Of a DNA stretch of 45,842 nt, positions 39,118 to 45,842 are shown in pieces. Position numbers and translations under genes: made by a program. Origin of the DNA: Dialister sp. UBA1703 (lineage in GTDB: Bacteria > Bacillota > Negativicutes > Veillonellales > Dialisteraceae); assembly GCF_002320515.1 (NCBI RefSeq), contig NZ_DCJJ01000006.1. One strand, 5' to 3'. How positions within the stretch are numbered: the stretch's first letter is position 1; each line of letters opens with the position of its first letter. The notes below the pieces were generated by a model. The model was given only the letters and a program-made list of their open reading frames with translations. It ran no database searches and was not told the DNA's origin.

Positions 39118-39722
39118 GCTTGTTCGGCGGTTCTTTCAACCCCATCCATATCGGTCATCTGGTGATTGCAGAAGCTGCATGGCAGGAGTTCGGACTGGAA
39201 AAAGTCATCTTTATTCCCTCCGCTGACACGCCCCATAAGGATATGCATCATATTGATAAATTTGACCGGTACAACATGGTAAAGGAAGCGATAAAGGATA
39301 ATCCCCGCTTTTCAATATCTCCGGTTGAACGTGACCGCAGCGGCCCATCCTATACCGTAGACACTATCCATATCCTGAAGGAAGAGCTTGGATCATCCTA
39401 TGAATTTTATTTCATCTGCGGTACCGATGCTCTGGCAGACCTTCCTACCTGGAAGTACAACCGGGAGCTGCTTTCCTGTTGCCATTTCATCTGCGCCAGC
39501 CGGCCGGGAAATGAAGAAAAGCTTCGTCAGTCCGTTGACTACTTCGGGAAACTGGGAGAAGAGAAAATCCATTTCCTCCTTACGCCGGAACTGGATATTT
39601 CATCTACCATACTGAGAAACCTTCTGGAACATCATAAATCTGTCCGTTATTTTATACCGGACAGTGTCATTTCTTTTATTGAGTCACATCATCTCTATGA
39701 AGGACCAAATTATGGAGCTTAA
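39102..39722 (+). CDS. nadD: Nicotinate-nucleotide adenylyltransferase
   Basis: GGSFNPIHIGH, SYTVDT, GTD, W, ISST. Confidence 0.96.
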   Translation: MVKRIGLFGGSFNPIHIGHLVIAEAAWQEFGLEKVIFIPSADTPHKDMHHIDKFDRYNMVKEAIKDNPRFSISPVERDRSGPSYTVDTIHILKEELGSSYEFYFICGTDALADLPTWKYNRELLSCCHFICASRPGNEEKLRQSVDYFGKLGEEKIHFLLTPELDISSTILRNLLEHHKSVRYFIPDSVISFIESHHLYEGPNYGA

Positions 39723-40299
39723 AGATATACAAAAAGATTTGCAGGCTATTCTTTCCCCAAAACGCTTTCGCCACAGCAGGGGAGTAGCAGAAACGGCCAA
39801 ACATCTGGCAGAAAAATACGGCGCTGATGCAAACAAGGCTTATGAAGCCGGATGGGTTCATGACTGCGCAAAGGAGCTTCCGCTGGTAGATATGCAGCAT
39901 ATTGTACAGGAAGCCGGTATCAAAGCGGATGAGCAGCTGCTATCCAGTCGTGCTCTTCTTCACGGACCGGCAGGGAGCATCCTGGCAGAGACAAAATATG
40001 GTATTACCGACAGTGCTGTTCAAAGCGCTGTTTATTTCCACACCACCGGTCATCCGGATATGACGCTTCTTGAGAAGATCATTTTTCTGGCTGATTATAT
40101 CGAACCATCCCGGGACTTCCCCGGCGTAGAAAAGCTTCGAAAACTAGCGGAAATTGACTTGGATGAAGCCCTGCTGGCTGCCTATGACTCTACCATTTCC
40201 CACCTGCTTGACCAGAAAGCCTATATTTATGATTTAACTTTTATGGGACGGAATGATTTAATTCTGAAGCTGAAAGAGAAGACGAATGAAAACAAATAA
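39712..40299 (+). CDS. yqeK: Ap4A hydrolase YqeK (HD domain)
   Basis: RFRHS, HDCAK, LHG, HTTG, ADYIEPSR; follows nadD. Confidence 0.93.
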   Translation: MELKDIQKDLQAILSPKRFRHSRGVAETAKHLAEKYGADANKAYEAGWVHDCAKELPLVDMQHIVQEAGIKADEQLLSSRALLHGPAGSILAETKYGITDSAVQSAVYFHTTGHPDMTLLEKIIFLADYIEPSRDFPGVEKLRKLAEIDLDEALLAAYDSTISHLLDQKAYIYDLTFMGRNDLILKLKEKTNENK

Positions 40300-41164
40300 A
40301 CGTGGTAAATTGAAAGTTAAGAAATTAATCTTCTTCCTGATTTTGTCTCTGGCAGCTGCTGTGATTTTGATTATGGGTATCTGCAAAGGTGTTTCTTACG
40401 CCCTTGGAAAGATAGATGGCGAGAATACCCCCATTTCCTACTACCTTCTCATCGGTACTGACAGGGAATCGGGAAGCGAAGCTGATGCTATCCTGCTGAC
40501 TGCCTGGAACAGGCAGGACAGGGAAGTGACATTGATTTCCATCCCTCCCAATACAAAATTGGCCCGCCAGGAAAAGAAAAATCAGTTAATTCGTACGACC
40601 TTTACCGAAGGGGGCTCAGAGGAAACGAAGAGCGCCGTGGAAAATCTTCTTCATCTTCGAATCGACAAATATGCGGTGTTTGATTATTCCAATTTCAAAG
40701 AGTACCTGAATCAAATGGGCGGCGCCGATCTTTATGTGGAGAAGACCATGGATCATCAGGACAGGGAAGGGGAGACGGATATTCGCATCCGACAGGGATA
40801 CCAGAGCCTGGATGGAGAAAATGCTCTTGGCTACGTACGGTATCTGGATTCAAAAAACGGGGAAATTGACCGAATCCAGCGTCAGGAACGGCTGATGAAG
40901 ACCATGATTCATACAATGAAGAATCATATGGCTTTGTATAACTGGTTCTTTTTCCACCATTACTGGACCGCGGAGGAAACAAATATTACCAATGGGGAAG
41001 CTGCTTCACTGGCCTATACATTGACTTCCTACCCGGAAGAAAATTTCCGCTTCTCCATTCTTCCCGGTGAAACACAGAAAATTAATAAAGTAGATACCTG
41101 GGTTGTTAATCCGGTGGAAGTGCAGAAAACCCTTGCTCAAACTATTGGATCCGACAATCAGTGA
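40286..41164 (+). CDS. LytR-CpsA-Psr (LCP) family protein with degenerate motifs
   Basis: N-terminal TM, LLIGTD, ISIP, GYQ.LDGE.ALGYVR, R.QRQ; yqeK-LCP-rsfS gene order. Confidence 0.85.
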   Translation: MKTNKRGKLKVKKLIFFLILSLAAAVILIMGICKGVSYALGKIDGENTPISYYLLIGTDRESGSEADAILLTAWNRQDREVTLISIPPNTKLARQEKKNQLIRTTFTEGGSEETKSAVENLLHLRIDKYAVFDYSNFKEYLNQMGGADLYVEKTMDHQDREGETDIRIRQGYQSLDGENALGYVRYLDSKNGEIDRIQRQERLMKTMIHTMKNHMALYNWFFFHHYWTAEETNITNGEAASLAYTLTSYPEENFRFSILPGETQKINKVDTWVVNPVEVQKTLAQTIGSDNQ

Positions 41165-41191
41165 TTATAAATGTTATAAAGGAGTTAATTT

Positions 41192-41548
41192 ATGGAAAAA
41201 AATATTGAAATCATCTGTAAAGCATTATCATCTAAGAAAAGCGTACTCATCCGTGTATTAAATGTTCGTGGATTAACCAGTATTGCCGATGATTTTATTC
41301 TGGCTACCACCAGAAACAAAAAACAGGCCCAGGCAGCAGCCGATGAGGTGGAAGAAAAGGCTGCAGAAATTGGTCTTCGCCCCCTTCGCCGGGAGGGATA
41401 CCAGGAAGGCGACTGGGTTCTCCTGGATTTCGGCGATATTATTGTTCACATTTTCACCGATGAAGAAAGACGGCGCTATGATTTTGACACCCTTTGGAAA
41501 GAAGCAGCGGTAGAGGAATATCATGAAACCGGGGATGAAGATGAATAA
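41192..41548 (+). CDS. rsfS: Ribosome silencing factor
   Basis: IADDFILAT, EG, WVLLDFGDIIVHIF, R.YD..LW. Confidence 0.95.
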   Translation: MEKNIEIICKALSSKKSVLIRVLNVRGLTSIADDFILATTRNKKQAQAAADEVEEKAAEIGLRPLRREGYQEGDWVLLDFGDIIVHIFTDEERRRYDFDTLWKEAAVEEYHETGDEDE

Positions 41549-42422
41549 AGAAGATGAATCCGGTCTGGGGCCCATGCACCTTCGGGAAAATTCCCTGGCA
41601 GAGCTTTCCGTAAACAGAGTAACCGAACTGGGCGCTTTTCTTGATGCCGGTACAGGGAACACATCTGATGATATCCTTCTACACCGGGGCCAGCAGACAA
41701 GGCCGGTAAAGGAAGGTGAAAGAGTCCAGGTATTTCTTTATCACGACCCGCACCACCGCCTGACTGCCAGCATGCGGCTGCCACAGATACCGGTAGGAGG
41801 CATCGGATACGCTCCTGTCATGCTGACTACCCGTTTCGGTGCATTTATCGATGTGGGCACAGAAAGAGGCATCTTCCTGCCCTTCTCCCAAATGGAAGAA
41901 AGGGTAGAAGAAGGCCAGACCGTCTGGGTTAAAATGTATGTAGATAAGACCGGGCGGCTGGCAGTAACCATGAAAGTGGAGGAAGATATCCGAAAAATTG
42001 CCCTCCCCGCTGCAGGAATCAAAGTGGGGGATATGGTATCCGGTACCGTTTACAACAAAACAAGAGAAGGAATTTTCCTTATTACCCGCCAGCGCTGGAT
42101 TGCATTCCTCCACAGGGATGAAGTGAACAGACCGATTCATATGGGTGATGAAGTGGAAGGAAGGGTGGCCTATATCCGAAAAGACGGGCATTTGAACATT
42201 TCTCTCCGCCCACAGAAAGAGAAATCCATGGAAGGGGACATGCAGATGCTCATTGAGTATATGACCCGCCACCAGGGAACCCTTCCCTTCACAGACCAGT
42301 CTGATCCTGCTCTTATTAAAGCATCCCTTGGCATCAGCAAATCCGCCTTCAAAAGGGCAGTGGGCCATCTTCTCAAGTTGAAAAAGATTTCCATGAAAGA
42401 AGGGAAAATTACTCTTCTCTAA
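41541..42422 (+). CDS. cvfB: CvfB/YitL-family S1 RNA-binding protein
   Basis: Repeated S1 domains (GAFLD, GAFID), C-terminal winged helix GISKSAFKRAVGHL; start uncertain (41523-41541). Confidence 0.88.
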   Translation: MNKEDESGLGPMHLRENSLAELSVNRVTELGAFLDAGTGNTSDDILLHRGQQTRPVKEGERVQVFLYHDPHHRLTASMRLPQIPVGGIGYAPVMLTTRFGAFIDVGTERGIFLPFSQMEERVEEGQTVWVKMYVDKTGRLAVTMKVEEDIRKIALPAAGIKVGDMVSGTVYNKTREGIFLITRQRWIAFLHRDEVNRPIHMGDEVEGRVAYIRKDGHLNISLRPQKEKSMEGDMQMLIEYMTRHQGTLPFTDQSDPALIKASLGISKSAFKRAVGHLLKLKKISMKEGKITLL

Positions 42423-42460
42423 GAAATCCTGATGTGACAGATTCATATGTTGTGAAATTA

Positions 42461-42492
42461 AAAAAGCAGGAATCATTCGGTTCCTGCTTTTT
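42461..42492. terminator. Bidirectional terminator between convergent cvfB and lexA
   Basis: AAAAAGCAGGAA-N8-TTCCTGCTTTTT. Confidence 0.85.
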
Positions 42493-42514
42493 AGATTTCA
42501 TAAAATATGCTGGG

Positions 42515-43150
42515 TTAAAAATGGCGATAAAGGCCGATTACTTTTCCACGGATAGTTACATTCTTGGAGATAATAGGCTGATAGGCATTATTTTCAGGCT
42601 GCAGACGGATATGGTCATCTTCCTTATAGAAACGTTTCACCGTAGCATCATCATTTCCCACCAGAGCCACTACAATATCTCCATCCTGAGCATGATCCTG
42701 TTCCGATACAATAAGGTAATCCCCTTCCTGGATACCTGCATTAATCATGCTGTCGCCGCGAACTACCAGAATAAAGCAGCTGTTGTCACTGCCTACCATT
42801 TCAGCAGGCAGGGGGAAGACCGACTCCAGATGTTCATCTGCCACCAGCGGCTCACCTGCACGGACTGCACCTACCAGAGGCATGGGGATCATCTTCTTGT
42901 GGCGCCAGGACATATCTCCAACCACCTCAATGGCCCTGGAGCTGGCAGGATCTCTTTTAATGACTCCCAGTTCTTCCAGTCTGGACAGATAGCCGTGTAC
43001 AGTGGAAGTGGAACGAAGATTTACAGCAGTGCAGATTTCACGAACTGTAGGGGGAAAACCATCTTCGTAAATCTTTTGACGGATAAACTCCAGAATGCTC
43101 TTTTCTCGGCTTGTTAATTCTCTGTTTTTGCCTAATCTCTTTGCTGCCAT
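42515..43150 (-). CDS. lexA: SOS repressor LexA
   Basis: PPTVREI, STSTVH, AG cleavage site (VRAGEP), GDSM Ser, TVKR Lys. Confidence 0.98.
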   Translation of the reverse strand: MAAKRLGKNRELTSREKSILEFIRQKIYEDGFPPTVREICTAVNLRSTSTVHGYLSRLEELGVIKRDPASSRAIEVVGDMSWRHKKMIPMPLVGAVRAGEPLVADEHLESVFPLPAEMVGSDNSCFILVVRGDSMINAGIQEGDYLIVSEQDHAQDGDIVVALVGNDDATVKRFYKEDDHIRLQPENNAYQPIISKNVTIRGKVIGLYRHF

Positions 43151-43237
43151 TTTTCAGTTCCTTCCTATTGATAAAATGATGAATATGCAAATGTATCATA
43201 TTTTCCTATATATTCAAAGCTACAATAACCTGCACTT

Positions 43238-43276
43238 ATTATACAGGAAAATGAGAATAAAATCAAACAGAAGTTC
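43238..43276 (-). promoter_or_regulatory. lexA promoter with an overlapping SOS box
   Basis: Minus strand TTGATT (43266-43261)-17 bp-TATAAT (43243-43238); AAAC-AGAA-GTTC at 43265-43276. Confidence 0.7.
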
Positions 43277-43342
43277 ATAGAATAAATTTACGCATGCCAT
43301 TTTATACTAAGAACATATAGTCCCTTATAATTAAAAAAGTCT

Positions 43343-43450
43343 AATCCTCTGTTCTATTGTGCGAAACTATGTTTTGTATTATCATGTATTCAGAAACGAT
43401 GTTCTGAGAATAACGGTTTTCCAAAATACAGTTCTCAAGAATACAAGTTT
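43343..43450 (+). promoter_or_regulatory. yneA promoter with tandem degenerate GAAC-N4-GTTC SOS boxes
   Basis: TTGTGC (43357)-17 bp-TATCAT (43380); boxes at 43343, 43363, 43393, 43408, 43423, 43439. Confidence 0.65.
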
Positions 43451-43483
43451 GATAGGATATCACATAATGGGGAGGGAACTGCC

Positions 43484-43747
43484 ATGAAAAAAATAATTTT
43501 TCTATTTATCGCTTCGGTGATCCTTTGCGGATGGGGAGTGAATGCTTCCGTTGCTGGCGACTCTGTGCAATATGAAGTGGTGACAGTAGATGAGAATGAT
43601 ACCTTATGGGATATTGCAGCCCGAAGGATTGATAATACAAAGGATATTCGAAAGGCGGTATACCGGATTGAACAGTTTAATCATATTTCAAATCCGGGTG
43701 CCTTGGAGCCGGGTATGACAATCAAGATTCCTGTTAATTTGGATTAG
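43484..43747 (+). CDS. yneA: YneA-like LysM SOS cell-division inhibitor
   Basis: N-terminal TM/signal, LysM domain (V..NDTLWDIA...N.I...LEPG..I.IP); divergent from lexA. Confidence 0.8.
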   Translation: MKKIIFLFIASVILCGWGVNASVAGDSVQYEVVTVDENDTLWDIAARRIDNTKDIRKAVYRIEQFNHISNPGALEPGMTIKIPVNLD

Positions 43748-43813
43748 CAAAAGCAAACGTCCATTCTTATGACCTATAAATTTGTCAAAAGAATGGACGT
43801 TTGCTTTTTGCTA
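43745..43813. terminator. Long inverted repeat / bidirectional terminator
   Basis: TAGCAAAAGCAAACGTCCATTCTTATGAC-N11-GTCAAAAGAATGGACGTTTGCTTTTTGCTA. Confidence 0.75.
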
Positions 43814-44314
43814 TATTGCTGAATTGAATAGATGAACAGAAATATGATGATTCTTAAGAAAACATACCAAATGTTTGGCAGATATCCATAACGTAGCCCT
43901 GTTATCATTGGGATGTATACCAATGCGGCAGGAACCATCCAGAAAGGATTGATCCAGATAGAAAATAACCTGGCGGCTTTCATCATCCAGGAGACCGAAG
44001 GGGGTGACAGAACCTGGGGGCAGATGCAGGAACCTGTGCAAATCTTCAGCAGAAGCCATAGAAAGGCGGCGGGTGCCCTGTTCTTTACTGAATAACTAAC
44101 TTCAAATCAAGCCGGCTTCTGCCGCGGACAGTAATAAGATAATAATGTTTCTTCTTATCATCTCTCACAAAAAGATTTTAGCATCATCCTCCGGATAGGG
44201 AAGAGGTACTTCGGATAACTGCTCCATGGTATATTCTGCCTTGTGCTCTGTGATTTCATAGGGAATATGATATTGCTCAAGAAGAGCCAGAATTTCCTCT
44301 TTCCCGACCATCAT
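43811..44314 (-). pseudogene. YbaK/PrdX-type aminoacyl-tRNA deacylase, two frameshifts
   Basis: AGGAG RBS, MMVGKEEILALLEQYHIPYEITEH... stops at 44165; KNLF motif restored by adding one base to the T4 run at 44176-44179; second shift is a TAAC duplication at 44093-44100; C-terminus has GSVTPFGL and HPNDN.AT. Confidence 0.85.
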
Positions 44315-44417
44315 GCTTTTACTCCTGTGAATTTTCTAACAATGATTGCAAATAAGTCACGGAACAAAAATTCTTTTGGTAAGAAACCTGGTCAAAAGAA
44401 TCTTTGTTCTAACCATA

Positions 44418-45398
44418 CTATGTATGGTTAAACATCTTGTCAATCGGGTTATTAGTAAACAGATCGGCCTCATTAATATAGCGGCGTACCATTTCCACAG
44501 AACGATGGCGGGTCTGCTTCATAATGAGTCTTTCTTCAACTCCATGGAGAGCCGCATAGGTAGCAAACCCATGGCGCAGGCTGTGGGCTCCGTAGAACTC
44601 AGGATTGAGCCCTATGGATGCCACATATTTTTTAACAATGAGATTGATACTTTTATCACTGAGCCGACGGGAAGAAACCTGACCATTCTTTAAAAAGCTT
44701 CTGAAAAGGGGACCTGATGTAATATGAGCACAAGTCAGCCACTCCTGCAGCGCATGAATACAGTCCATGGATGTATGGGAAAGATAGGGGATACCTATCT
44801 GCTGTCCTGCTGATAACTGATCTGTTTTGGAATGCTGTATAGTTACCACAATGCCCTGAGGATATTTCCTGATATCTTCTACATTCAGCCCGGCAAGCTC
44901 ACTGCGCCGGAAAGCTCCCATGAATCCTAGCAGAAGGACTGCTCTGTCACGCAGCCCGGGAAGCGTTGTCAAATCCATTCGGCCTATGATTTCTTCCAGC
45001 TCTTCCCAATAAATAGGAGTCTTTCCCTTCTGCAGGGTTCCCTTGAGACGGGTAAGACCAATGAGCGCTTCCTTTACTATCCAGGCTTTACACGGATTTT
45101 CCACCGGCTCGCCGGATGCATTATAATTTTCCGAAATAGCGCTGATTCTTCTCCGAATGGTGGCAGCCTTTGCATAATCAGCCAGATCATTGATATAATT
45201 GACAATAGTTTCAGGTGCTGCAGGATAAGAACTCTTGTGATGATATCGGCACCAGTCACAGAAATCATTCCAGTCCGATTCATAAGCGTCAATGGTATGT
45301 TCCGCTTTAGTCACAGCCAGAGAATTGATACTCTTATCTGAAAGTCCTTCAGTCTGTGCATTCCTGCTGAAATCTCGAAGAAAAAAGTGATTATCCAT
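44418..45398 (-). CDS. Tyrosine recombinase, Cre-like
   Basis: SAM-like N-terminal domain (T..AY..DW..F, ATIRRRISAI), RDRAVLLLGF.GAFRRSEL, SKTDQ, HSLRHGFAT, RH..VEMVRRY; GGGAG RBS. Confidence 0.93.
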   Translation of the reverse strand: MDNHFFLRDFSRNAQTEGLSDKSINSLAVTKAEHTIDAYESDWNDFCDWCRYHHKSSYPAAPETIVNYINDLADYAKAATIRRRISAISENYNASGEPVENPCKAWIVKEALIGLTRLKGTLQKGKTPIYWEELEEIIGRMDLTTLPGLRDRAVLLLGFMGAFRRSELAGLNVEDIRKYPQGIVVTIQHSKTDQLSAGQQIGIPYLSHTSMDCIHALQEWLTCAHITSGPLFRSFLKNGQVSSRRLSDKSINLIVKKYVASIGLNPEFYGAHSLRHGFATYAALHGVEERLIMKQTRHRSVEMVRRYINEADLFTNNPIDKMFNHT

Positions 45399-45500
45399 TT
45401 TTCACTCCCATGTATACAGAATCTCTACTGATTCATCAATCTGTGATTTCCTTTTGATACTGTAAAAACCTATAGTCTATTATACTATACCAGCCATTTG

Positions 45501-45543
45501 ATAAATAGGTTCCGATAACATTAAATTATCGGAACCTATTTAT
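45501..45543. other. Perfect 18-7-18 palindrome, candidate lox/dif-like recombination site
   Basis: ATAAATAGGTTCCGATAA-CATTAAA-TTATCGGAACCTATTTAT, about 100 bp upstream of the recombinase start; function inferred. Confidence 0.75.
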
Positions 45544-45667
45544 ATTCTCAAAAACGTTATTTTCTATGTGAGCCACAAGATTAGATACTTACAGACATCT
45601 TTATCTAACATCCCCAGATGATGACCATTCGGTCATTCTCATTATAACTCTTTTTCAATAAAAAAAT

Positions 45668-45697
45668 GGTGGCAAAAAGGGTGGCAAAAGGTGTAAA
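45668..45697 (+). repeat. GGTGGCAAAA direct repeats (integrase arm-type-like)
   Basis: Exact copies at 45668 and 45680, partial GGTGTAAA at 45690. Confidence 0.5.
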
Positions 45698-45842
45698 GCA
45701 GCCATGGACAGGCATATAATGCTGGGGATTCCAGTAAATCTCTGCAACGCTTACGGGCAGGTCGGACTCCAGGCGGCTGACTAATTTTTTGACATCGAAC
45801 TGGTCCAGATGGCCCGGAATCTAGGGAAGCACTGATTAATTC

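Noticed and set aside
42434-43117. 227-aa + strand ORF over lexA
   Set aside because: Antisense shadow that crosses a terminator; no motifs
45501-45543. Palindrome as an intrinsic terminator
   Set aside because: AT-rich arms, no clear U tract, no gene ending just before it within the window; better explained as a protein-binding or recombination site
45745-45785. Functional tRNA gene
   Set aside because: Only a degenerate T-loop-like string; no cloverleaf or CCA end

Overview
Core-chromosome segment of a diderm Firmicute (Negativicutes, probably Dialister-like; inferred from Firmicute-type gene order and SOS boxes together with LPS heptose genes). About 42 kb of + strand housekeeping genes: a reduced dcw cluster (mraZ-rsmH-ftsL-murE-murF-mraY-murD-murG-murC-ddl-ftsQ-ftsZ, with no ftsI, ftsW, murB or ftsA), nrdR, gmhA-gmhB-heptosyltransferase, TrmH, YdjC/ChbG, thrR-hom-thrB, a polar amino-acid ABC pair, csp, hpf, secA, frameshifted prfB, DUF5693-like/csaB, split transketolase, ftsEX-M23-S41, obgE-yhbY-proB-(unannotated 51-aa membrane ORF)-nadD-yqeK-LCP-rsfS-cvfB, and divergent lexA/yneA with an array of SOS-like boxes. 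The right end is the most unusual part. It holds a doubly frameshifted PrdX/YbaK pseudogene and an intact Cre-like tyrosine recombinase with a perfect 18-7-18 bp lox/dif-like palindrome about 100 bp upstream, followed by integrase arm-type-like direct repeats. The recombinase plus its palindrome is the best candidate for an undescribed system. The left end carries a repeat in which constant linkers separate different GC-rich mini-hairpins. All calls come from motif recognition by eye; no searches were run.
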